Positions 51,479 through 62,400 of a stretch of 64,000 bases of DNA are shown here, one piece after another. A program made the translations under genes and the position numbers. The notes under the pieces were generated by a model, which worked only from the letters and a program-made list of their open reading frames with translations, was not told the DNA's origin and searched no databases. This stretch comes from Dechloromonas sp. Lineage in GTDB: Bacteria > Pseudomonadota > Gammaproteobacteria > Burkholderiales > Rhodocyclaceae. Location of the stretch: NCBI GenBank assembly GCA_011391255.1, contig JAABQV010000004.1:97084-161083 (forward strand), written 5' to 3'. How positions within the stretch are numbered: the first letter of the stretch is position 1; the number at the start of each line of letters is the position of its first letter.

Positions 51479-53998
51479 ATGGCTCGCACACTCCTCGCGA
51501 TTTACCCGCAAAGTCCTCGGCGTTTTGACGAAATGTTGACGTCGGACGGGGAGGTGCGTCCGCACTGGCGCAAGTTCTTCGAGCATCTTGATCAGGTCGA
51601 TCCCGAAGAAATGCGGCGACGGCTGGAGTTTGTCGACCGGCGCATTCAGGAAAACGGTGTTACTTACAACGTCTACGCCGATCCGAGTGGTGCCGACCGG
51701 CCATGGGCGCTTGATCCGCTGCCGCTGATCATTCCGCCGGAAGAGTGGGCCAAGGTCTCGGCAGCGGTTGCCCAGCGCGCCAAAGTCCTGAATGCCATGC
51801 TCGCCGATCTCTACGGTGAGCAAAAGCTGCTCGCTGACGGACTCTTGCCACCCTCGCTGGTCTTCGGTCAGCACGGGTTTTTATGGCCCTGTCACGGCAT
51901 CAAGCCGATTGGCGGTACCTGGCTACACAATTACGCCGTCGATCTGGCGCGTTCGCCCGATGGCAAATGGTGGGTCATCGCCGACCGCACGCAGGCGCCT
52001 TCCGGTGCCGGTTATGCACTGGAAAACCGGTTGGTTGTCTCGCAGGTTTTTCCGGACATGTTCCGTGACCTCAATGTTCAGCATCTCGCCGATTTTTTCC
52101 ACGATCAGCAGGACGGCCTGGCGGCACTGGCGCCAGTCGAAGGTGATGAACAGCCGCATATCGTTCTGCTGACGCCTGGGCCCTACAACGAAACCTATTT
52201 CGAGCATGCTTACCTCTCGCGCTACCTTGGCTTTCCGCTGGTAGAAGGTCAGGATTTAACGGTACGCGGTGACACCCTCTACCTGAAAACCCTGCACGGC
52301 CTGGAGCGGGTGCATGTCATCCTGCGTCGTCAGGATGATGATTATTGCGATCCGCTCGAACTGCGCGGTGCCTCGGCGCTCGGCATTCCCGGTCTGTTGA
52401 ATGTCATTCGCGCCGGGCGCGTCACTGTTGCCAATGCACTGGGTAGCGGCATGCTGTCCTCGGGTGCGATCATGGGCTTCCTGCCGGCGATTTGCCGAAA
52501 ATTGTTTGGCGAAGAATTGCTGATGCCGGCAGTTGGTACCTGGTGGTGCGGCGAGAAGCCGGCGCTGGAGTATGTCAAAAAGAACTTTGACGATCTGGTC
52601 ATAAAACCGTCCTATCCCACGCAGAGAATGGATCCGGTCTTCGGCTTCGAATTGAAGGGGGCGGCGCGCGTCGATTTGCTACAGCGCATTGAGGCACGTC
52701 CACATGCCTACGTCGCGCAGGAAATGGTCAATCTCTCGCAAGGCCCGACCTGGAGCCGTTCGCACGAGCGCCGTTTGCTGGCCCGGCCGGTTGGCTTGCG
52801 CGCCTATGCCGTCGCGACGAGCAGCGGCTACTCGGTTATGCCTGGCGGGTTGGCGCGTGTTGCCACCGGTGCAGGCACTCGAATTATCTCGATGCAGCGC
52901 GGCGGAGCCTCTAAAGATGCCTGGGTGCTGACCGATGGGCCGGTTAGCGCGTTCACCATGCTCAAGCCGTCATTGGGTGTGCGTGATCTGGTCCGTGAAG
53001 GTGCCAATCTGAGCTCGCGGGTCGTTGAAAACCTGTTCTGGCTGGGGCGTTATTCTGAACGCTTCGATGACAGTGCCCGCTTGCTGCGGGTGACGCTTGG
53101 CCGGCTGGTTGAAGCCGGCGGCGGACGAACCCCGGTCGTCGCCACCATCCTTGAGTTGGGTAAGCAACTTGGTGTCCTGCCAAAGCCGGAAGAAGACACG
53201 CCGGTTGTCGCAGGCTCAGACCATATTTTGCTTGAAGCCATTTACGATCCTAAGCAGCCCGGTAGTTTGGCCAGCAATATCCGTAGCCTGTTGTGGTCAG
53301 CCACCCATGTCCGCGAGCGCCTCTCGCTCGATCACTGGCATTCGCTGAACCGTCTGCAACGCGAGCAGCAGGCTGCGCTCAAGGCGCACCCGACGCTGAC
53401 CGAGGCGATTGCCTTCCTTGACCGTGTGCTCGGGGTCTCTTCCTCGTTGACCGGATTCGCGATGGACAACATGACGCGCGACGACGGTTGGCGCTTCCTG
53501 ATCATCGGCCGCAATCTTGAGCGCCTTTCTTTCCTCGCCAAAACCATCTCGCAGTTTGTTCGCATGCCCAAAACCAATGCGCCGGGCAATCTTGAGTGGT
53601 TGCTCGAGCTATCGGACTCAATCATCACCTACCGTTCGCGCTATTCCCGGTTGCCCGAGTTGCTGCCGGTGCTTGACCTGCTGGTGTTTGACGACAGCAA
53701 CCCGCACGGCGTCGTCTTTCAGGCCAGCATGCTGAGCCGTTACCTGGAGCGCATGGCGCGCGATCTGGACGACTACAGTGGCAGCAATCTGCCCGATGTG
53801 CTGAGCCGTCTGCGTGCTTTTGACCTTGCCTCACTAGAGGACATTCCCCTCGGAGAGTATGTCAACTGTCCGTCCTGCCTTGAATTGGCAGACCTGCTCA
53901 TTGAACTTGATCGTTCGGCGGTCAAGATCTCAGAGTGGCTGGGGATGCGCTACTTTACACATGTCGGCGACGTCAGCCGGCAGACCATGGCGCTGTGA
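51479..53998 (+). CDS. Circularly permuted ATP-grasp plus alpha-E fusion protein
   Basis: DRTQAPSGAGYALENR, VANALGSG, PGGLARV, SMQRGGASKD, then LFWLGRYSER and IGRNLER. Confidence 0.88.
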   Translation: MARTLLAIYPQSPRRFDEMLTSDGEVRPHWRKFFEHLDQVDPEEMRRRLEFVDRRIQENGVTYNVYADPSGADRPWALDPLPLIIPPEEWAKVSAAVAQRAKVLNAMLADLYGEQKLLADGLLPPSLVFGQHGFLWPCHGIKPIGGTWLHNYAVDLARSPDGKWWVIADRTQAPSGAGYALENRLVVSQVFPDMFRDLNVQHLADFFHDQQDGLAALAPVEGDEQPHIVLLTPGPYNETYFEHAYLSRYLGFPLVEGQDLTVRGDTLYLKTLHGLERVHVILRRQDDDYCDPLELRGASALGIPGLLNVIRAGRVTVANALGSGMLSSGAIMGFLPAICRKLFGEELLMPAVGTWWCGEKPALEYVKKNFDDLVIKPSYPTQRMDPVFGFELKGAARVDLLQRIEARPHAYVAQEMVNLSQGPTWSRSHERRLLARPVGLRAYAVATSSGYSVMPGGLARVATGAGTRIISMQRGGASKDAWVLTDGPVSAFTMLKPSLGVRDLVREGANLSSRVVENLFWLGRYSERFDDSARLLRVTLGRLVEAGGGRTPVVATILELGKQLGVLPKPEEDTPVVAGSDHILLEAIYDPKQPGSLASNIRSLLWSATHVRERLSLDHWHSLNRLQREQQAALKAHPTLTEAIAFLDRVLGVSSSLTGFAMDNMTRDDGWRFLIIGRNLERLSFLAKTISQFVRMPKTNAPGNLEWLLELSDSIITYRSRYSRLPELLPVLDLLVFDDSNPHGVVFQASMLSRYLERMARDLDDYSGSNLPDVLSRLRAFDLASLEDIPLGEYVNCPSCLELADLLIELDRSAVKISEWLGMRYFTHVGDVSRQTMAL

Positions 53999-54972
53999 TG
54001 ATGGAAAAAGAGCCCGTCCGTTACCACGTGGTACACCAGACAACCTACGATTACGGCGGCAATGTCTCGTTATCGCAGCAACAACTGCATCTGTCGCCGC
54101 GCATCCTCGCCTGGCAGCGCATCGTCGAACAAAATATCGAGGTAACGCCAACACCCACATGGCGCCGCGATGGCGACGATGCCTTCGGCAACCCGGTGAC
54201 CTGGATCGCTTTCCATGTGCCGCACGACAGTTTGCGGATCAGTTCAGTAATGTCCGTAGAAGTCATCCCGCATCTCCCGGAGAATCTTGAAACCTCGATG
54301 CCCTGGGAAGAGTTGCGCGACCGCCTGGCCTACACTGCGGTGCCCCCCGAGCCGGAAGATCTCGACGCGACGCGCTTCCTTTTTGAGAGCGCCCATGTCC
54401 GCATCAAACACGAACTGGCCGATTACGCCGCCGATTGCTTTCCGCCAGAGACGCCGGTACTGGTGGGTGCCGAAGCCTTGATGGCGAAAATTTTCAAGGA
54501 ATTCAAGTTCGATCCGGAGGCGACCACGGTATCAACGCCGGTCATGGAAGTCCTCGAAAAGAAGCGTGGCGTTTGTCAGGACTTCGCACATCTAATGATC
54601 GCCTGTTTGCGCGCCCTTGGCCTGTCTGCCCGCTACGTCAGCGGCTACCTGCTGACCCGCCCGCCACCGGGCAAGCCGCGTCTGATCGGCGCTGATGCAT
54701 CGCATGCCTGGGTATCAGTTTACGCGCCGGGCTTTGGCGACAACTGGGTCGACTTCGACCCGACCAATAATCTGCTGCCCAATACCGAACATATCACGAT
54801 CGCCGTCGGCCGCGATTTCGGCGATATATCTCCGCTACGCGGCATAATTCTCGGCGGCGGCGGTGCCGAACCGGAAGTTGAGGTCACCGTGACGCCGCTC
54901 GACGAGGAAGAGTTACCGGAAGGACTCGAAGAACGCTTGTCCACACTGCCGGAGGAGGCAGAGAAGCCCTGA
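53998..54972 (+). CDS. Transglutaminase-family protein
   Basis: HQTTYDY N-terminus; GVCQDFAH, SHAW, DFDPTN triad. Confidence 0.9.
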   Translation: MMEKEPVRYHVVHQTTYDYGGNVSLSQQQLHLSPRILAWQRIVEQNIEVTPTPTWRRDGDDAFGNPVTWIAFHVPHDSLRISSVMSVEVIPHLPENLETSMPWEELRDRLAYTAVPPEPEDLDATRFLFESAHVRIKHELADYAADCFPPETPVLVGAEALMAKIFKEFKFDPEATTVSTPVMEVLEKKRGVCQDFAHLMIACLRALGLSARYVSGYLLTRPPPGKPRLIGADASHAWVSVYAPGFGDNWVDFDPTNNLLPNTEHITIAVGRDFGDISPLRGIILGGGGAEPEVEVTVTPLDEEELPEGLEERLSTLPEEAEKP

Positions 54973-56204
54973 TGCCAACGGTAGCCATCATCGGCGCCGG
55001 CCCGGCCGGGTTGATGGCGGCGGAACAACTTGGCGTCGCCCAAGAGTACTTTCTGCGGGGTGCAGTCAACGGCGTAAATGTCGATATTTTTGATGCCATG
55101 CCCTCGGTTGGTCGCAAGTTTTTGATCGCTGGCAAAGGCGGCATGAACATCACCCACAGTGAGCCACTGCCGGCTTTCATTGCCCGCTATGGCCAACGTG
55201 CTGAAAAAATCGCTCCGTTACTTGCAGCGTTCGGGCCACAAGCACTGCGCGAGTGGATCGCCGGGCTGGGGATTGAAACCTTTGTTGGCACCTCTGGCCG
55301 CGTCTTCCCCACTGAAATGAAGGCAGCCCCCTTGCTGCGTGCCTGGCTGCATCGCTTACGTGGCGCCGGGGTGCGCTTTCATGTCCGCCATCGCTGGCTC
55401 GGCTGGCAGGCTGATGGCAGCCTTCGCTTCGCGACGCCGGAAGGAGAGATAGCGGTCAATGCCGATATCGTCATACTCGCGCTCGGTGGCGGCAGCTGGA
55501 AAAAGCTCGGATCGGACGGTGCCTGGGTGCCAATTTTGGTGGAGCGCGGAATTCCCGTCCTACCGCTAAAGCCTGCCAACTGTGGTTTCGATGTGGCGTG
55601 GAGTGCCTATTTTCGTGAGCGTTTTGCCGGGCAGCCGATCAAGTCGGTGGTTGCCAGCGTTGGCGATCAAAGTCAGCAGGGCGAATTCAATATTACTGAA
55701 AACGGGATTGAAGGTGGCTTGATCTACGCTTTGTCGGCGCCGCTGCGCGATGCGTTAGAACGCGACGGCGAGGCAACGCTGACCCTTGATCTGGCGCCAG
55801 GGCGCAGCTTTGAGCGTTTGATTGCCGATCTTTCCAAACCGCAGGGGCGCGATTCTTTGTTCAATCACCTGCGCCGGCGGGTCGGGATTGAAGGCGTTAA
55901 GGCGGCATTGTTACGAGAATTCAGCCCAAATTCGGCGTTGACCGCGACAGCCTCATTGGCGGCAGCAATCAAGGCCTTGGCTGTGCCGGTTATCGCAACG
56001 CGGCCGCTTGATGAAGCGATTAGCAGCGCTGGCGGCGTGGCTTTTGAAGCTTTGGATGAAAATCTGATGTTGAAGCAAATGCCCGGCATTTTTTGTGCCG
56101 GCGAGATGCTCGATTGGGAAGCGCCCACCGGCGGCTACCTGCTCACCGCCTGTTTCGCCAGCGGTTATGTGGCCGGGCAGGGTGTCCGAGATTGGTTGGC
56201 GTAG
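54972..56204 (+). CDS. HI0933/TIGR03862-family flavoprotein
   Basis: GAGPAG, GRKFLIAGKGGMNITH, GTSGRVFP, AISSAGGV, GEMLDWEAPTGGYLL. Confidence 0.88.
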   Translation: MPTVAIIGAGPAGLMAAEQLGVAQEYFLRGAVNGVNVDIFDAMPSVGRKFLIAGKGGMNITHSEPLPAFIARYGQRAEKIAPLLAAFGPQALREWIAGLGIETFVGTSGRVFPTEMKAAPLLRAWLHRLRGAGVRFHVRHRWLGWQADGSLRFATPEGEIAVNADIVILALGGGSWKKLGSDGAWVPILVERGIPVLPLKPANCGFDVAWSAYFRERFAGQPIKSVVASVGDQSQQGEFNITENGIEGGLIYALSAPLRDALERDGEATLTLDLAPGRSFERLIADLSKPQGRDSLFNHLRRRVGIEGVKAALLREFSPNSALTATASLAAAIKALAVPVIATRPLDEAISSAGGVAFEALDENLMLKQMPGIFCAGEMLDWEAPTGGYLLTACFASGYVAGQGVRDWLA

Positions 56205-56214
56205 TGAGCTATAG

Positions 56215-56254
56215 TCCCCTCGCCCCACTTTTGGGGAGAGGGTTAGGGAGAGGG
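56215..56254. repeat. G/C-rich palindromic REP-like unit (tcccctcgcccc...ggggagagggttagggagaggg)
   Basis: Pyrimidine-rich half pairs with the purine-rich half; intergenic, between convergent genes. Confidence 0.55.
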
Positions 56255-56261
56255 CCTTCGG

Positions 56262-56330
56262 AAACCGTGGTCTGTCCCCGGTTTTCCCCGGTTTTCCCGG
56301 TTTTCCGCGGTTTTCTCGGTTGCCGGTTTT
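56262..56330. repeat. aaaccgtggtctgtccccggtttt unit followed by a (c)ccggtttt tandem array
   Basis: About six copies of an 8-10 bp unit from 56276 to 56330; aaaccg/cggttt stem. Confidence 0.65.
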
Positions 56331-56335
56331 GCTGA

Positions 56336-59300
56336 TTACTCCCCAATCAGACCGGGGTGGGCGCTGAGCACGTCGCGCAGGTGTTCGAGCGCACCCGGAA
56401 AATCAAAGTTGTCCATACGTCTTTCAAATTCGGCAAAGTCGGTATCGAGCGCGGCGCTGAGCAGGTCGTGGTGGCCTCGCAGCAGATCGCCGGCGCTCAT
56501 GTCATCAACTTCGAGCAGGGGGATCAGGCGAGCAATAATTTTACGTGCCGCAACCAAATCAGCTGCCACCGGGGGCAGGCTGGCATTGCTGGCGAGGATC
56601 GCTAGAAGGGCGTTAATTAGGCTGCAAAGGGTTTCTTCGAGGTGACTGAGTAGCGGCGTGGTTTGCTCTGGAGACTGGTTTTCCCGGAGCGCTGCTTCAA
56701 GTTCGGCGGCCGCACTGCGCAGGCTATTGAGGCCAAGCGAGCCGGCTGCGCCCTTGAGCGAGTGGGCGTGGCGCGTGGCGGTCGGATTGTCACCGGCGGT
56801 TATCGTGGTGCGCAGCAGCGTGGATGTGTCGCGATGATGAACAATAAACTTGATGAGTAAATCGAGATATTTATCCGGCTTGCCGCGCATGGTCGCCATG
56901 CCGGCCTTGGTATCGATGCCCGGGATTTCGTGGATTTTGGTTATCAGAGCCTCGATCGCTGCCGGGTCGGATATGCTGCCTTGGGGTGCCAGAGGGGCTG
57001 AGCTCAAGGGCTGGCTTTCCGGATTGGCAGGCAGGTTAGCCAGCCGAGTGGCGTAGAGGATGTCGGGCTTGGGGCCGGTGCCGGCAAGGATTTCAATCGC
57101 TACCGTCTGATTGATCCGGTCATCTTCAACCAGCAATAATTTTGCCTGACTGCGCGTGCGCCTGATTTCTGCCTCTAAATCGGCGTTGACCGCAACATTC
57201 GCCTGTTGCGGGGCATCAGCGGCGATATCCAGACAGGCGGTGATCCAGAACGTGCTGCCCTTGCCCGGCGTACTGATCACACCGGTTTCGCCGCCCATCA
57301 GCTGGGCAAGCTGGCGGGATATGGCAAGACCGAGGCCGGTGCCACCAAAACGGCGGGTGGTTGAGTTATCGGCTTGCTCAAAACTGCTGAAAAGGCGGGG
57401 AATCATCCCGGCCTCAATACCAATGCCGGTATCTTCAATCTCAAAACGCAGGATCACTTGCTGGCCGCGCGATTCAGTAACGCGGGCGCGCAGCAGAACA
57501 TGACCCTTCTCGGTGAATTTGACCGCATTGGAGAGGTAGTTGAGCAGAATCTGCTGCAGTCGTACCGGGTCTCCTCTGACCGCGCCCGGCAAGGCCGGGT
57601 CGATATCGGCAAGGAGAGCGAGGCCTTTGTCGCGGGTTTTGAATTCGAGCATGCCGAGGACATCACTGAGGACGCGGCCAGGGGCGAAATCGACTTTCTC
57701 AAGTTGCAGCTTTTCGGCCTCAATCTTTGATATGTCGAGAATGTCGTTGATAACAGCCAGCAGATGCTTTGCCGAATCAGAGACTTGAGCGAGCCGATCC
57801 TGTTGCTGGCGCTCGGTGGCGTCGCGCTGCATCAGGTGGGTGATGCCGATGACGGCGTTGAGCGGCGTGCGAATTTCGTGGCTCATGTTTGAAAGAAAGG
57901 CGCTTTTGGCGCGACTGGCCTGCTCGGCCAACTCTTTGGCCAGCCGCAATTCGCTGGTGCGTTCATCAACCATGAACTCAAGGCGGCGCTGATAGTCGGC
58001 CAGTTCGGCCTCCGTTTTACGTTTTTGGGTGACATCGGCAACAAAGGAGAAAATGTGCTGCTCGCCATCAAAATCAAGCAACGCCGCTGAAATCTCGACG
58101 TTGTGTGGCTTTCCGGCACGGTCAAGCCAGATCGCATCGTGGCTGACGACGGCTTTGGATTCGTTCAGCCTGGACAGCCAGGCTTGGCGCACCTCAGGAT
58201 CCGTCCAGATGCCGGCTTCGATCGAGGTGCGGCCAATCAATTCTTCCTCGCTCCAGCCAAAGTCGCGCTCAAATTTGTTGTTGATATCAACAACGTGGCC
58301 ATCGCTGCTACGGGAGATGACGGCAGCCAGCGGGCTGGCGTCAAAAGCAATTTGAAAGCGCTGACGCAGGGTGCGAGCCGAATCCTCGGCAGCGAGCAGC
58401 GATTGGTATCGGCGCAAGCCATGCGTCTGGAAGATGAAGCCAAGCAAGCCGGCGGCGGCGAGGAGCAGGCCGATGGTGACGGCGATGATTAGCCATGACG
58501 CGGTCTGCCAGGCAGCGAGTGCTTCGCTGCGTGAAATTTTGGCGACCAAAGCCCATTCTGATTCAGGGACTTTGCTCAGGTAAGCGAGCACTGGCGTGCC
58601 GTCGATGTCGATGCCTTGAACATGCCCCAGGCGATCACCAAAAATCGCCATGACGGCCGGTGACATGGCATCGCTGGCAGGGATGCGGGTATTGAGGGCA
58701 GAACCGATTTGCCGTCGGCGATCATTGACCAGTTGCGCATGCTCACCGTCACGGCGGACTAGCCAGAATTCGGCGCTGGTGCTCGGTAAAGGCCATTTTT
58801 TCAGTGCCGGGTAGAGAAAAGTGTCGAGATTGGCCTGAAGAATGACTGAGCCCACTTGCCGCGCTGTCTCGCCCTGAGTTGTGAAAAGCGGGGCAATGAC
58901 GTCGATATGAACATAGCCGCCATTGGGCGACAGATGAACGTCGCTGAGTTTGGGTGGCCTGCTCTGCACCGGGGTTTTGAGTAGTTCAAGAATGTGCTCG
59001 GAGAGAGCGGTTGAACGCCTGCTGGCGCTGGCGAGGATTTCCCCCTCCATGTTGGTGACGATCACGTCGTGGTAACGATAGTTTTGCGCGATGCTGCGCA
59101 ACCGCGCCTCAACCGCATCGCTGATCCGGCCTTGACTGCCTTTGCGCATCCGTTCAACTTCCTGAATCAGGGGCGCGCTCTCGCTGAGCACCTTGGCGTC
59201 AGCGTAGCGCTCGCCGCGCCATTGGGCGATCTGGTCGTTGAGCAGAGTGTTGAAGGCTTCGAGATGCTGCTCAGATTTGCTCAGGGCGCGTGCCTTTTCG

Positions 59301-59404
59301 CTTTGATACAGCCAGGTTCCGCCGGCAGCAATCAGCAGAAAAACGAGCGCGAAGGCGGGCAGAATCCAGGATGGCGAGGTGCTGGTGGTGTTGTCCGGTT
59401 TCAT
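56336..59404 (-). CDS. Membrane-bound hybrid histidine kinase (periplasmic sensor, PAS, HisKA, HATPase, truncated REC, Hpt)
   Basis: [37 protein letters not shown]; receiver domain lacks its core. Confidence 0.88.
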   Translation of the reverse strand: MKPDNTTSTSPSWILPAFALVFLLIAAGGTWLYQSEKARALSKSEQHLEAFNTLLNDQIAQWRGERYADAKVLSESAPLIQEVERMRKGSQGRISDAVEARLRSIAQNYRYHDVIVTNMEGEILASASRRSTALSEHILELLKTPVQSRPPKLSDVHLSPNGGYVHIDVIAPLFTTQGETARQVGSVILQANLDTFLYPALKKWPLPSTSAEFWLVRRDGEHAQLVNDRRRQIGSALNTRIPASDAMSPAVMAIFGDRLGHVQGIDIDGTPVLAYLSKVPESEWALVAKISRSEALAAWQTASWLIIAVTIGLLLAAAGLLGFIFQTHGLRRYQSLLAAEDSARTLRQRFQIAFDASPLAAVISRSSDGHVVDINNKFERDFGWSEEELIGRTSIEAGIWTDPEVRQAWLSRLNESKAVVSHDAIWLDRAGKPHNVEISAALLDFDGEQHIFSFVADVTQKRKTEAELADYQRRLEFMVDERTSELRLAKELAEQASRAKSAFLSNMSHEIRTPLNAVIGITHLMQRDATERQQQDRLAQVSDSAKHLLAVINDILDISKIEAEKLQLEKVDFAPGRVLSDVLGMLEFKTRDKGLALLADIDPALPGAVRGDPVRLQQILLNYLSNAVKFTEKGHVLLRARVTESRGQQVILRFEIEDTGIGIEAGMIPRLFSSFEQADNSTTRRFGGTGLGLAISRQLAQLMGGETGVISTPGKGSTFWITACLDIAADAPQQANVAVNADLEAEIRRTRSQAKLLLVEDDRINQTVAIEILAGTGPKPDILYATRLANLPANPESQPLSSAPLAPQGSISDPAAIEALITKIHEIPGIDTKAGMATMRGKPDKYLDLLIKFIVHHRDTSTLLRTTITAGDNPTATRHAHSLKGAAGSLGLNSLRSAAAELEAALRENQSPEQTTPLLSHLEETLCSLINALLAILASNASLPPVAADLVAARKIIARLIPLLEVDDMSAGDLLRGHHDLLSAALDTDFAEFERRMDNFDFPGALEHLRDVLSAHPGLIGE

Positions 59405-62400
59405 GCTTGCTCGCTGGTCTTTACTGTTGCTTCAAGTACGGTCAACGCCGATTCAAAGTCGAAATTATTGAGGTTGGTTTTGAAGTTTTTTTGCTGCTCG
59501 CCAAAGAGCTGGGCGAAGAATGCCGGATGCTCGTCCAGCGTTTTGATCGCCGCGAAATCATCATTACCGAGTTGCTTGCGCATCGTCTCAATGATTGCTC
59601 TGGCGGCTTTTTTGTCGCTTTCCGGCACTGCCGGCGATTCGCTCTTGCCCGGATTTAATCCGGCAAGGGCTTGCTGCAGGCTACTGTAATGGCGCGCCGT
59701 TTCGTCGAGTAGCGTTTTGATTTCGGCCAGCGGCCGGCTTTCCTTGATCGCGCTTTCAAGGCGCGCGGCGGATTGTTGGAGATCGGTGGCGCCCAGCGAT
59801 CCGGAGGCGCCTTTGATCGAATGGGCAAGGCGGCGGGCTTCGTTGTGGTCGTCAGTCTCAAGAAGTTCGGTAATGCGTTTGAAATCGCCGTTGTGGCTTT
59901 CGGCAAAGCCGTTGAGCAGGCGGCGATAGGTGGCGACCCGCCCAAGTACCGAGCGCAAGCCAAGATCGGCATTGAGGCCGGGGATCTGGTGCAGTTCGGC
60001 AGCATCGCTTGGCTCGGGGGCTTTCGGCTGGCTGGTTGCTTGCTTCGGCGCCGGCTGGTCGCGTTTGGGCAACCATTGCAGGAGGGCTGAGAACAGCACT
60101 TTTGGATCGACCGGCTTGGCAATGTGATCATTCATGCCGGCTTCGATGCAGGCGTTGCGGTCTTCGTCAAATGCATTGGCGGTCATTGCCAGAATCGGTA
60201 TATCTGCCCAGCCGGGCAATTGGCGAATGTTGCGGGTTGCCTCGAGACCATCCATTAGCGGCATCTGCATATCCATCAAGACCAGATCGAAGTGCTGACC
60301 GGTGGCGATGGCCAGGGCTTCGGCGCCGTCATGCGCGACGACCACACGCAAGCCGGCACATTCAAGCAGATCGCGGGCGACTTCCACGTTGGTCGGGTTG
60401 TCTTCGGCGAGCAGAATGAAGGCGCCACCATGAACTGCCGCCACTTCGTATTCCCGATGGTCATGCGGCCCAGGAGGGGGACTGGCCTCTGAGCCAGGTA
60501 GCGCCGGATCGAGACGGGCAGTGAACCAGAAGGTGCTGCCGCTGCCGACTTCGCTGCTGACGCCAATGGCGCCACCCATTGCTTCGGCAAGACGCAGGCT
60601 GATTGCCAGACCGAGACCGGTACCGCCAAAGCGCCGGGTGGTCGAGGTGTCGGCCTGCTCAAACGGGTTGAAGAGCCGTGCCTGAACTTGCGGGCTGATA
60701 CCGATGCCGGTGTCGCGTACCTCGCAGCGCACATAAAGCCCGGAGGGGCTGGTGTGCAGCAGTCGCGCACTCATCGTGATACGCCCCTGTTCGGTGAATT
60801 TGACCGCGTTGGAGAGGAAGTTGAGCAGAATTTGTTGCAGGCGCATGGCGTCACCACGCATGACGTTCGGCAGGGCCGGATCGATCTCGATGCTGATCGG
60901 TAAGCTTTTGGCGGCGGCCTTGACGAGGATCAATTCGCGCGCATTACCGAGAATGTCTGCCGGATTGAGATTGGTGCTCTCGAGTACCAGTTTGCCGGCT
61001 TCTATTTTTGAGAAGTCGAGAATTTCGTTGAGCACGGCGAGCAGGTGTTGAGCAGCATTGCCAACCTTGCCGAGACGTTCGCGCTGGGTAGGTGTTTCAG
61101 CGTCGCGCCGCGCCAGATGGCTGAGACCCATGATGGCATTGAGCGGGGTGCGAATCTCATGGCTCATGTTGGCGAGAAAGGAGCTCTTTGCCCGGCTGGC
61201 TGATTCTGCCTCTTCCTTGGCAATGCTGAGTTGGGCGGTGCGTTCTTCGACCAGGGTTTCCAGATGCTGTTGCATGCTTTCCTGGGCGACCCGTTGCTCG
61301 GTGATGTCCTGAATGGTGCCGACCATTTCCAGAATTTGTCCCTGGTCATTGATTTTTAACTTGCCACTGCCGCGCAGCCAGCGGGTGCGTCCATCGACGG
61401 GGCGGATGATACGGTACTCATTGCTGAATGGCTGTTGCTTGCCGAGAACTTCATCCGCCAGATAGATTCGCATGCGTACCTGGTCTTCGGGATGAATCAG
61501 TGCCTGCCAGCCATCGACATCGCGCTGGTAGTCAGCATTGATCCCGAAAATCTCATCGAGTAGCGCTGAGCTTTCCCAGGCGTTGCTGTCAGGTATGAAA
61601 CGATAGTGACCCAAGCGCGCAATCGACTGCGCCTCGCGTAATTCGGCTTCACTTTCGGCGAGTTTGTGCAGCGCCTGCAGGCGCCCGATGCCGGCAGCGA
61701 CTTCTCCGGTCAGTTCTTCAAGCAGGGAGATTTCCGGCTCGTCGAAAGCATCAGTTAATTCACTGTAAATATTGATCGCACCAAAAATGTTGCCGGCAAT
61801 TCGCAGGGGCATCGCGATCGATGAACGGTAGCCGCAGGCGATGGCGTCTTCACGTGATCGGACAAAATTGGGGTCGTTAAGGATATCGCGACAGATGACC
61901 GGGATGCCGGTACGGATCGCTTTACCGGTTGGCCCCTGACCAAAGTCGTTATCGGCCCAGGAGACCTTGATCGCATCAAGGTAGCCTGGGTCGAATCCTG
62001 ATTCGGCAATCGGCCTTACCGAGCGATCGGCATTTTGTCCGGCTTGGGCAACCCAGGTCATGCGGTAGCCACCAACCTCGGTGATGAGGATGGCGATCTC
62101 GGTCAAGAAACTGGCTTCGCTAGCGTTTCGGCTCATCGCCTGCGCAACGCCGCTCATTAATGTCAGAGCCCGATTCTGGCGGGTGATTTGCTCGCGTTCG
62201 AGGCGCTTGCGGGTAATGTCGGTGAGAATGCCAACACTTAAGCGAGGTGCCCCGCCAGGGGTTTTGTCGACAAGACAGGCATTGGCTTCATACCAAAGCC
62301 AGCGGCCATCGCTTGCTTGGACGCGGTATTCCTGAGAGCCTGGTTCAATACCTTTGTCTAATTTCTCAAAAGCTCCGGTGACGCTGGCAGCGTCATCGGG

